This document shows positions 9,030 through 17,071 of a stretch of 64,000 nt of DNA, piece after piece. This DNA is from a virus, in IMG/VR virus record IMGVR_UViG_3300027784_000004; one strand, 5' to 3'. How positions within the stretch are numbered: the stretch's first letter is position 1; every line of letters starts with the position of its first letter. Both the position numbers and the translations under genes were made by a program. Under the pieces are notes generated by a model, which searched no databases, was not told the origin of the DNA, and saw nothing but the letters and a program-made list of their open reading frames with translations.

Positions 9030-9264
9030 TAAATCCAAAATAGATAAATATATAGATGATAATAAAGAGGTTTATACACTAGCTGATTATAAGCAAATAG
9101 CTATTAAAATGAGTAATGGAGATACTGAAAATAAAGCTGTAAAATGGTTTGATAAAAAGATTGAAGAATCAAAAGATGGAGAAAATCAAATAGTAAAAGG
9201 TGATAAAAAAAAGATGCTGTGGTTTATAGAATCTTTTGTATGGGAACAAGAAGGCTTATCATGA
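9013..9264 (+). CDS. Hypothetical protein, paralog of 55750..55974
   Basis: TLADYKQIA...NKAVKWFDKKI; TTG start after GGTG RBS. Confidence 0.6.
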   Translation: MQKQYNKSKIDKYIDDNKEVYTLADYKQIAIKMSNGDTENKAVKWFDKKIEESKDGENQIVKGDKKKMLWFIESFVWEQEGLS

Positions 9265-9268
9265 TATT

Positions 9269-9323
9269 AAAAAAACACAAGCCCCTTAATCATACATACT
9301 TAAAAAAGGCTTGTGTTTTTTCT
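9269..9323. terminator. Bidirectional intrinsic terminator between convergent operons
   Basis: AAAAAACACAAGCC...GGCTTGTGTTTTTT. Confidence 0.8.
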
Positions 9324-9332
9324 TAAACTCTT

Positions 9333-9905
9333 TTATTTTATTAGGGTTTTATTTTTATCCCATTTTCTTTGATATTTCAAACTTCTATAAGCACCAATAC
9401 ATTCCAAATTAAACAAAACTAAGCTAGAACAATCCCAACCATATAGGTTATATTCCCATTTTTTCAATGGTAATCTTAATTCTCTAATACCACTTTCTGT
9501 AAGATAAATACCATCATAATCTTTAGCAATTTCTTCATAATTAGGATAAGTAAAAGCTTTAGGCAAATAATCTTTGTGGGAATATCCAAAACTTTCAAAA
9601 GGGTTTACTTCTGTATAATTTTTTATTAATATTACTAAATCTTCTTGCTTATCTAAAGTATAAATATTTGCATTATTTTCTAAGTTGAACAAAATAAAAT
9701 CTTCGCTTAAGCCATCAAAGCTATTTTGAATACACCACCTTTCCCATGAACAAATATATTTATCATCATTTATTATAGGTGATGCCCACAAACCGCCAAT
9801 AGGTTTATTTGAGCAAGGCTGATTTTTTATTTCATCAAATTTTTCTTTATCAAGTTCACCTATACCAAAAGATAAGAAATGTTCTTTGCTGTGAAAATCA
9901 TACAT
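9333..9905 (-). CDS. Conserved phage hypothetical protein
   Basis: KP.GGLWASP, YDGIYLT and LYGWDCSS motifs. Confidence 0.65.
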   Translation of the reverse strand: MYDFHSKEHFLSFGIGELDKEKFDEIKNQPCSNKPIGGLWASPIINDDKYICSWERWCIQNSFDGLSEDFILFNLENNANIYTLDKQEDLVILIKNYTEVNPFESFGYSHKDYLPKAFTYPNYEEIAKDYDGIYLTESGIRELRLPLKKWEYNLYGWDCSSLVLFNLECIGAYRSLKYQRKWDKNKTLIK

Positions 9906-9915
9906 TAGATACCCC

Positions 9916-10245
9916 CTATTCTTTATTTAAGTCTAGTAAAAGTTCATTGCTTACTTCGTATAGATGAAAACAGTTTTGGTGCATATTAACATATTCTTTT
10001 TTAGGTGGTAAAAACATTACACAATCTTTATCTTCTCTTAATATCTCATATCTTGCCTTTTTAATTTCTTCCCAATGCGGATAGCGTTCAGGGTGGGATA
10101 TAGATAGATGTGTATTTTTAAACTCATTACTTACCAAAATAGTGCAACCAGTATCAGTATTATATACGTCTGCATATACGCCATCTAATTCTATTTTATT
10201 AACTTTTGTTATCTCCAAAATAAAGCCCCCTTTTTTAAATATCAA
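9916..10245 (-). CDS. Conserved phage hypothetical protein (HLSISH..RYP.WEE / YVN.H..C.HL family)
   Basis: Motif recognition. Confidence 0.7.
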   Translation of the reverse strand: MIFKKGGFILEITKVNKIELDGVYADVYNTDTGCTILVSNEFKNTHLSISHPERYPHWEEIKKARYEILREDKDCVMFLPPKKEYVNMHQNCFHLYEVSNELLLDLNKE

Positions 10246-10697
10246 TCAAGTATAGCTTCATCACAAAATAAGATTCTATCAGGTATATCAAGTATTTTTG
10301 CAATAGATTTTCTATTTCTTTCATTCGGCAAAGCGCCATCATAAACCCATCTTTGAACTATTCTATCGCTTACATCTAGCTTTTGTGCAAATTGTGATAG
10401 CTTAATATCTTTAGCAAAAAGCGCACCATATAAAAACATATTTTTAACACTCCACTTTTGAGTTTTTAAAGTGAAACGCTTTTTTCTTTTACCAGCGTGA
10501 TTTTTTATTGATACATCTTGCTTATTTGTAACTTCTATATCTAGTTCCCAGCATTTATGCCTGATTGATGCAGGTTTTCTTTTCATCTTTCTAGCTATTT
10601 GATTATAGCTTAAGCCTTCTTTTGCTAGTTTTTTTAATTGAGCCACCATTTCATCACTATAAACTAAGCCACTATTATCAGTATTATATTTAGCCAT
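10242..10697 (-). CDS. Two-HTH DNA-binding protein (GcrA-like N-terminus plus XRE C-terminus)
   Basis: GLSYNQIARKM and IKLSQFAQKLDVSDRIVQRWVY. Confidence 0.7.
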   Translation of the reverse strand: MAKYNTDNSGLVYSDEMVAQLKKLAKEGLSYNQIARKMKRKPASIRHKCWELDIEVTNKQDVSIKNHAGKRKKRFTLKTQKWSVKNMFLYGALFAKDIKLSQFAQKLDVSDRIVQRWVYDGALPNERNRKSIAKILDIPDRILFCDEAILD

Positions 10698-10712
10698 AAT
10701 TAAACAGCCCCT

Positions 10713-10916
10713 TTAAATCTTTACTCTAACTGTCATGCTATCAATAAAATCTTCATCAGAAACCTTACCAACAAAAGTATCATCATTTTCTTTGATAATA
10801 TCTCTAATAACTATACCTTTTTTTATATAATCAAGCCACTCTGTTTTATCCATTTCTATTAGATATGCACCCATATTATATATACCCCCTGTTTTAGTGA
10901 TTATATTCAATATCAA
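10713..10916 (-). CDS. Hypothetical protein
   Basis: ORF in the co-directional run. Confidence 0.5.
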   Translation of the reverse strand: MILNIITKTGGIYNMGAYLIEMDKTEWLDYIKKGIVIRDIIKENDDTFVGKVSDEDFIDSMTVRVKI

Positions 10917-11214
10917 ATACCCTTAAATAGTTTATTTTTGGTGTAATAACTAATCTACAAAAGTATTCTTTGCTCTTTATCCTAGAAAATCTTCTATGGC
11001 AAATATAGCCAGCATTATTTTTCATTTGAGATACTTTCAAATTATCATTATCATACAAGTAATCTTTATCTTGTTTGCTAGGTTTTATTTCAATTATATT
11101 ACTGCCAAATTCTATTGTAACAAAAGAAGGCTCTTTAATTGCTTGATAAGCACGTTCCAACATAAAAAGGTTTTTGTTGTAGCCCCTAAGCTGTTCACTT
11201 ATTCTTATATACAT
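10894..11214 (-). CDS. Hypothetical protein
   Basis: ORF in the co-directional run. Confidence 0.55.
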   Translation of the reverse strand: MYIRISEQLRGYNKNLFMLERAYQAIKEPSFVTIEFGSNIIEIKPSKQDKDYLYDNDNLKVSQMKNNAGYICHRRFSRIKSKEYFCRLVITPKINYLRVFDIEYNH

Positions 11215-11237
11215 TTAGCCAGCCACCTTAATTTGTA

Positions 11238-11435
11238 TTATAAAAATTTTTCTAAAACAGTTACTTCATCACGCCCAACCCATCTTTTAGCTTTAAGCCT
11301 ATATTGAAAATAAGCTTTAGGTTCTCTAATAGTTTGAATCATTCTAATATCCCACAAATAGCCCTTTTCACCATCTATTTCAACTAAATCACCAACCTCT
11401 AAATCACTAACAGCCTGTGCATACTGATATTTCAT
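11238..11435 (-). CDS. Small SH3/KOW-like hypothetical protein
   Basis: LEVGDLVEIDGEKG pattern. Confidence 0.55.
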   Translation of the reverse strand: MKYQYAQAVSDLEVGDLVEIDGEKGYLWDIRMIQTIREPKAYFQYRLKAKRWVGRDEVTVLEKFL

Positions 11436-11440
11436 TTTTA

Positions 11441-11620
11441 CTAAGCCCCTTTATAGTTATTTAAATCTATTTTGAGAACTTCTATTATATGATTGTCTAT
11501 GTATTGAGATAGTGCAAGCACTCTTTTTGACTTAAACCCTTCTTTAATAACAACATCATTAAGCCTTACTTTTAAAAACTCAATATCTTCTTCAATTATA
11601 TCAACAATAGAATCGCCCAT
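11441..11620 (-). CDS. Spo0E-like aspartyl-phosphate phosphatase (59 aa)
   Basis: Hand-translated MGDSIVDIIEEDIEFLKVRLNDVVIKEGFKSKRVLALSQYIDNHIIEVLKIDLNNYKGA; LSQYID matches the Spo0E SQ-x-LD motif; RBS GAGAAGGT. Confidence 0.7.
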   Translation of the reverse strand: MGDSIVDIIEEDIEFLKVRLNDVVIKEGFKSKRVLALSQYIDNHIIEVLKIDLNNYKGA

Positions 11621-11648
11621 CTACCTTCTCCTTTAATATTTTTTTTAA

Positions 11649-12026
11649 TTAATATTTATTTTTTAAGCGTTTCATAAACTCACTTACATTTTCTTCATTA
11701 TATTTTTGCTTTTGTTTTTTCTTTTTAGAATCTCTAATATTAAAATCTCTAAAAGATTTAAGAAAGCCTTCTAACTCTGCGCCTGTTAGTTGCTCTTTCA
11801 TACTATTAATCATTTCTTCATCATTAAGCAAATCATCAAATAATTCAGAAGTTTGGTCTTTGTGTATATTTATCAACTCGCTAATCAAAATATCCAATTC
11901 AAAAGGATTGATACTATCACACATAATTTTAAACCCGTTATTTTTTTTAGCTACTATCATAAACCCATCACCTGTCATTACTTCTTTTCTTCCACAATCA
12001 TCACAGTAATATTTTACCTTTTTCAT
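11649..12026 (-). CDS. Hypothetical protein with N-terminal CxxC
   Basis: YYCDDCG; start moved to MKKVK. Confidence 0.55.
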   Translation of the reverse strand: MKKVKYYCDDCGRKEVMTGDGFMIVAKKNNGFKIMCDSINPFELDILISELINIHKDQTSELFDDLLNDEEMINSMKEQLTGAELEGFLKSFRDFNIRDSKKKKQKQKYNEENVSEFMKRLKNKY

Positions 12027-12229
12027 GATATACAAACCCTTCCATTTTTTATTTTCTAACAAGATGTAAGCAACCAGCTTAAAAAAACACGATATTTCCT
12101 ATAATGCATAATTTATGCAATAAAATGCTTACAAATCGTTAAAATGGTTCTTCTTAGCAAGAATTATTGATAAAAACTACGCAAAACAAACCTTTTGCGC
12201 ATATACTACATTTTTCTGCAATTTTCTTG

Positions 12230-12565
12230 CTAAATATTCTCTTTTTCTCTTATCATTGCCTTTACTTTCTCAATTTCTTCTTCTCTAGGCTTTATATTGC
12301 TTTTAATGTATTTAAATTTCAAATAAACCCTATTTGCAAAATAAATGTTAGTTATTGCTAAAGATAAGTAAAAAAATCCTGATAGTATCGAATTGCTCAA
12401 AAATTCATTAATTGCTACAATACTTACAAAAAATATAACTAATGCAGAAAAGCCCAAACTTATATAAGTATTTCTAACAGAATTTTTTGCCCCTTCATTA
12501 ATTTCTTCCAACATCTTCAACCTATCTTCTAAATTAGTAATCTCATATTTTTCTAATTTATTCAC
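12230..12565 (-). CDS. Two-TM membrane protein (paralog 1)
   Basis: Two hydrophobic segments between charged coils. Confidence 0.7.
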   Translation of the reverse strand: MNKLEKYEITNLEDRLKMLEEINEGAKNSVRNTYISLGFSALVIFFVSIVAINEFLSNSILSGFFYLSLAITNIYFANRVYLKFKYIKSNIKPREEEIEKVKAMIREKENI

Positions 12566-12891
12566 CCCCCATTATTACCATCTTTTATTTCTCTTAATTT
12601 TTTAATTCTACTAATCTCTTTTTCTCTAGGCTCTATGTTTTCTATTATAGATTTTCTTTCCAAATAAAGTTTAACCCCATAATAAGTGTTTAGTATTGTT
12701 ACAAATAAGAAAAAAACTCCTGTTATTAATGAACTATCTTTAAAACTTATTATTGAAGTAAAAACTGTAACAGGTGTAACTATAGTTGATAGCAAAATAC
12801 AATAAAAAGTTTTCTTTGATACTTCTTTTGCTCTTTCATTTAATTGTATCAAAACTTTTAATCTATCATCTAAATTATCCACATTAAACAA
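12562..12891 (-). CDS. Two-TM membrane protein (paralog 2)
   Basis: L(E/D)DRLK.L...NE.AK and NI.PRE.EI shared with the neighbour. Confidence 0.7.
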   Translation of the reverse strand: MFNVDNLDDRLKVLIQLNERAKEVSKKTFYCILLSTIVTPVTVFTSIISFKDSSLITGVFFLFVTILNTYYGVKLYLERKSIIENIEPREKEISRIKKLREIKDGNNGG

Positions 12892-12912
12892 ATCATCAAT
12901 TCTTTTAATTTC

Positions 12913-13407
12913 TTATTCCCCCTTATTATTCTTCCAAGGCTCAAGAAACTTATTTAAATCTACAATTAAACACCTTACTTCATCATTCCAATTTGCAATG
13001 TATCTTTTAGTATCACTAGAAATCATAGTTTCTAATCTACTTATAACAGTAGGCGCACTAAAAAAACGTGCATTACTACCGCTGTTTTGCTTACTAGGTT
13101 TATTTAATACTATACTACCATTTATTGAGTCTTCTAGCGGTTTAATAGCTAGTAAGCCTTTAAAAATATCTATTCCAACTTGTACTGCAATAAATTCTTT
13201 TGCATTTATATTTCTATGTATTAGGCGCATTGCATCTGAATTAATATAAAAGTTTGTAGTTTTAAGTGGTGATATAGTTACAAAGGGAAAACCGCTTTTT
13301 AAACCTTTACCGTTTTCTATCCATTCAAAATTGTACTTTGTAGGTTCATCACCTTCCCAATCAAATTTAAAATCATCTAGTTTTTTAACTTCCATTATAT
13401 AATTCAT
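12913..13407 (-). CDS. Hypothetical beta-rich protein, 3-member paralog family
   Basis: FYI...AM, VGID....LAIKP and LIVDL motifs. Confidence 0.65.
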   Translation of the reverse strand: MNYIMEVKKLDDFKFDWEGDEPTKYNFEWIENGKGLKSGFPFVTISPLKTTNFYINSDAMRLIHRNINAKEFIAVQVGIDIFKGLLAIKPLEDSINGSIVLNKPSKQNSGSNARFFSAPTVISRLETMISSDTKRYIANWNDEVRCLIVDLNKFLEPWKNNKGE

Positions 13408-13429
13408 TACCCCCCTTAAAGTATTTCTA

Positions 13430-13840
13430 TTAGTTTTTCTCTTTTAAATCTACTACTAAACATTCATACTTAGTATTAAATTTAGCCTTGTATCTATTAC
13501 CATCATCTTCTGTATTTAAAAATGGTTCTATAGTTTCATATAATGTATTAGAGGTAAAACATTTAGAATTAGACTTGCTACCGCCTTTACTTAGCTTATA
13601 AGTTTTGCCATTTATATCATCACCTAAATAGGGTTTAATTGCTAGCATCTTTTTTTCTTTATCTAAGCCTACCTTTATATATGTAATATCATCTTCCTTA
13701 AAGTTATATTCTAATAATTCCATAGCTATTGATGATAAATAAAACCTATTGTTGCCATTTGTGTTATTTATAGACAAAAAGGCTTGTCCTGTTTGACAAC
13801 TATTTTTATAGTCTTTAACCCAATCAAATTGATAACTCAA
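13430..13840 (-). CDS. Hypothetical beta-rich protein, same family
   Basis: Same motifs as 12913..13407 and 52546..52962. Confidence 0.65.
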   Translation of the reverse strand: MSYQFDWVKDYKNSCQTGQAFLSINNTNGNNRFYLSSIAMELLEYNFKEDDITYIKVGLDKEKKMLAIKPYLGDDINGKTYKLSKGGSKSNSKCFTSNTLYETIEPFLNTEDDGNRYKAKFNTKYECLVVDLKEKN

Positions 13841-13930
13841 TTAAAAACCCCCCACTTGTATTAATTTTTTAGCTTATACATACTATTTCTTTAATTGTTG
13901 TATTATTCCTGCTTAAATTTTTACTTTTTG

Positions 13931-14251
13931 TTAGTTTTTTTTCATAGTTGTTACTTCTTTACTATATCTTTGATTAATTACTTCCATTTCACATTTTATC
14001 TTATTTAGTCTAATCTCTATATCTTTTGTTTTTAATTGTTCCATTCCCCTATAACTTGCAAAACCCTGCCATTTTTCAATTAATTGTTCTATTCTTTTTA
14101 TATCTTTTAATGCATCTGTATCTTCAAAAACTTTGTATGGTTTAGGCTCTAAATTCTCATAACCGCCTACGCTTTGAGGACAAATATCTTCTCTGCCTTT
14201 ATTGCAACCACCAAATATATCTTCATATTCACAAAAAGCACTATAACACAT
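13931..14251 (-). CDS. Hypothetical protein with Cys-rich N-terminus
   Basis: ORF after a degenerate repeat promoter. Confidence 0.6.
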   Translation of the reverse strand: MCYSAFCEYEDIFGGCNKGREDICPQSVGGYENLEPKPYKVFEDTDALKDIKRIEQLIEKWQGFASYRGMEQLKTKDIEIRLNKIKCEMEVINQRYSKEVTTMKKN

Positions 14252-14273
14252 AATAACAACCCCTTAATATTAA

Positions 14274-14329
14274 TTATCATTTCCCTCTTGTATTTACATT
14301 TTATCATACTTCTTGTAAGAATATCAAGC
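14274..14329 (-). promoter_or_regulatory. Degenerate copy of the repeat promoter
   Basis: TTGATA-TTCTTACAAGAAGTATGA-TAAAAT followed by GAGGGAAATGATAA. Confidence 0.7.
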
Positions 14330-14357
14330 AAATAATAATGGTATATTATACTATATG

Positions 14358-14912
14358 TTAATGTGCTTTTATCTTTAATCTTACTTTTTTACTTGCTCTT
14401 TTTAATATCCTGCATACATAGCTTTGAGTAATATTTATTTCTTTTGCTATTTCCCTCTGATTCTTATTTTCAAAAAAAGATTTAATGAAAATTATTTTTT
14501 CTCTATCAGTTAACTCTTTTTCAATTATTTCTTTTACGCTTATCATATCATCAACAATAATAGTTTTATCATCTACTTCTAATTTTTCAATTAAATCTCT
14601 ATGATAAACTTCAACGCCAGTATCATCATAACTAATAAGCATATCTGTAAAAGTATTGCATCTTTGCTGTAACTTAGATTCACTTTTTCTTAATTCCATT
14701 TTAATTTCATTATCAATACATACACTTGCAAAAGTTATAAATTTTAACCCTCTGCTAAAGTCAAAATTAACACCAGCTTTAGTAATGCCAACATAACATA
14801 ATTGTAAAAGTTCTTCATTGTCTAAGCTAGTATTAAGGGTTTTCCATTTATTAAGTTTGAAGTATATAAAATTATAATTATCTTCAATCAATTTTTTTCT
14901 TCTTTCATTCAT
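14358..14912 (-). CDS. Sporulation-type sigma factor (SigE/SigK-like, no pro-sequence)
   Basis: Region 2 KFITFASVCIDNEIKMELRK; region 4 QREIAKEINITQSYVCRILKRA. Confidence 0.85.
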   Translation of the reverse strand: MNERRKKLIEDNYNFIYFKLNKWKTLNTSLDNEELLQLCYVGITKAGVNFDFSRGLKFITFASVCIDNEIKMELRKSESKLQQRCNTFTDMLISYDDTGVEVYHRDLIEKLEVDDKTIIVDDMISVKEIIEKELTDREKIIFIKSFFENKNQREIAKEINITQSYVCRILKRASKKVRLKIKAH

Positions 14913-15070
14913 ACTAACTTACACTTGCTTTTTTTATTTTCTTTTAGCTTATGGTTTTTGCAGTATTTTACAAATATCTCTTTATCTCTTAAAGTTCTAG
15001 GACAATAGCCTAAAGTTAATATATCTTTATCTTCTAGCCCTTTCATTATATCTATCATATTAATTATCAT
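14909..15070 (-). CDS. Small hypothetical protein (53 aa) coupled between spoIIID and sigma
   Basis: Hand-translated MIINMIDIMKGLEDKDILTLGYCPRT...; its stop overlaps the sigma ATG. Confidence 0.5.
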   Translation of the reverse strand: MIINMIDIMKGLEDKDILTLGYCPRTLRDKEIFVKYCKNHKLKENKKSKCKLV

Positions 15071-15072
15071 AT

Positions 15073-15357
15073 CTACATTGCCCCTTCTTTGTATAATTTC
15101 TTAGTGCTTAAACCGCCCCTTTTAACCGCTTCTGATTTATTGGTTTTTATAATATCTTTAACTTTTAGATATAAATTGTAGTCTATATTTTTAAGCTTTT
15201 TTGTTACATCTACATGTATTTGAGTTTTGCCAACGGGAAAGGCTTTTTCTGCTTGCCTTAAAGTGCATTTATTTTCTATAATATAGTTTGCTTCTTCAAT
15301 TATTCTTTTTTCTATATAAATTTCTGCTTGCTCTTTATTCATAATTAAACCAACCAC
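15073..15357 (-). CDS. spoIIID: Stage III sporulation protein D homolog
   Basis: IEEANYIIENKCTLRQAEKAFPVGKTQIHVDVTKKL...RGGLSTKKLY. Confidence 0.85.
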   Translation of the reverse strand: MVGLIMNKEQAEIYIEKRIIEEANYIIENKCTLRQAEKAFPVGKTQIHVDVTKKLKNIDYNLYLKVKDIIKTNKSEAVKRGGLSTKKLYKEGAM

Positions 15358-15454
15358 CCTATTTTAGAAAATATATTTTAATAAGAAAATAAAAAAAGCA
15401 AGCTTTTAATTAAAAAAGATTGCTCTTTGCAGGTATCTATTTTTTTATCTAAAA

Positions 15455-16030
15455 TTATTTTTCATATTCTAGCATATCATTATTTTTATCAACATATTTT
15501 TTCAAGCCAACTACAACAGCATTTGCATACTTATGCCAGTTATCTAATAGATTTTCTCTATCATCTTTTCTATCAATAAAACCATATTCTATTATTAAAG
15601 CCTGTGTTTTATCTAAAGTATTTCTATTAATAAAGAAATAATCTTTGCCACTTAAATTAGGGTGTCCTACCGTATAAATACGCCTTCTTCTCTGCCCTTT
15701 TTCTACTATACTATCAAGTAACATATCAGCAAGTACACCATCATCACGTTTTGAATATATTATCTCTGCACCTTCGCCACCGCCTGCATTTATATGGTTG
15801 CTTAATACAAAGTGTGGCTTAAAATTATTTATTCTTTTTATTCTTTCTTTAGCCCTTAAAGTTTCATCACCGTATCTAGTTAATACTACTGAAAAGTTTA
15901 GCTTTTTTAACTCTTTTAGCTGTAGATGTGATATTTTTAAAGCAAGTTCTTTTTCTTTTACATCACCATAACTAGCGCCATCATCTATGCCACCATGCCC
16001 AGCATCAATTACTACTCTAGGTTTACTCAT
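15455..16030 (-). CDS. N-acetylmuramoyl-L-alanine amidase (Amidase_3) endolysin, catalytic domain only
   Basis: VIDAGHGG, EKE, SNHINAG and IIEYGFID zinc/catalytic motifs. Confidence 0.9.
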   Translation of the reverse strand: MSKPRVVIDAGHGGIDDGASYGDVKEKELALKISHLQLKELKKLNFSVVLTRYGDETLRAKERIKRINNFKPHFVLSNHINAGGGEGAEIIYSKRDDGVLADMLLDSIVEKGQRRRRIYTVGHPNLSGKDYFFINRNTLDKTQALIIEYGFIDRKDDRENLLDNWHKYANAVVVGLKKYVDKNNDMLEYEK

Positions 16031-16049
16031 AATTAAATATAAACCCCCT

Positions 16050-17048
16050 TTAATTATTATTTTGCTCTAATGCTAAAAAATCAGTAACATCACCTTGCCC
16101 ATATGCTAAATTACTTATTACTACTGTATTAGGGTCAATATCTGTACCTACAATGGTTGCGCCTAAATTCCCTGAAGAATTTCTTGCAATTACTGATAAA
16201 TGTATTTCATCACCTTCATTTAAAAATCTTATTCTAGTAAAAGCCTGCGCTATAGTACCGCCTACACCGCTTCTATGTACTTGGTCTCTTTCAACCTCTG
16301 TACCATTTAAAAACATGCTAACCTCTAAAGCGCTATCACCTGCAACCCCTGAAAAGTGTCGCATATAATATTGAATTAGATATAAACCACTTTTATTTAT
16401 AGTAATTATTGTGTTGTCAACACCTAAATTAAAAAAATTATTATTATCAAATAAAACTTCGCCCCACTCAATTATAACATTTGCATTTTGTGGTGTATCT
16501 ATAGATGAAGTAATTCTTGCCTTGCCAGTTTCAGGCAAATTGTGGTATATTCTCAAAGCATCAAAACTAGTATGGTGGCTTATATCTCTTGTATCTTCTA
16601 TATCTTGTTGTACTATACTAACGGTTTCTAGTTGTTCAACATATACATTAGCCAGCCCTATTTCATATACTAAATTATTTTGAGTTAATAAAGGCGGTTC
16701 AGGCTCAATAGCAGGCACGCCTTCAACTACATCAATAACTACTGCCCTTACCCCTGTATTTCTATCCATTCTAGCAACTATAGTATCTATTCTATCATTA
16801 TTACCATCACCATCACTTATTGTAATATTTTCAGGGTTTTCTCTAACTCTAAAAAACCTACCTTGTACCCACCCTGTGCCTAGCTGTACATCAACACTCA
16901 TGCCAGCCCCTGCCAATACCTCTAATTCATCTTCAACGCCTGCGCAAATACCATTAAGGCTTAATACATTTAAACTTCTGCTAAACTGTGTAGCACTATA
17001 TACCCTATCGCCATCTATGCTTTCAAAAAATTTGCTTTCTACTACCAT
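16050..17048 (-). CDS. Baseplate or tail-fibre receptor-binding protein with C1q/TNF-like C-terminus
   Basis: N-terminal NDRIDTIVARMD...YEIGLANVYV structural domain; ITINKSGLYLIQY beta-sandwich; position after Tal. Confidence 0.7.
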   Translation of the reverse strand: MVVESKFFESIDGDRVYSATQFSRSLNVLSLNGICAGVEDELEVLAGAGMSVDVQLGTGWVQGRFFRVRENPENITISDGDGNNDRIDTIVARMDRNTGVRAVVIDVVEGVPAIEPEPPLLTQNNLVYEIGLANVYVEQLETVSIVQQDIEDTRDISHHTSFDALRIYHNLPETGKARITSSIDTPQNANVIIEWGEVLFDNNNFFNLGVDNTIITINKSGLYLIQYYMRHFSGVAGDSALEVSMFLNGTEVERDQVHRSGVGGTIAQAFTRIRFLNEGDEIHLSVIARNSSGNLGATIVGTDIDPNTVVISNLAYGQGDVTDFLALEQNNN

Positions 17049-17071
17049 TTTTTTAAAAGCCCCCTTCTGCT

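Noticed and set aside
16050-17048. Diversity-generating retroelement target in the receptor-binding protein
   Set aside because: No reverse transcriptase and no template/variable repeat pair seen
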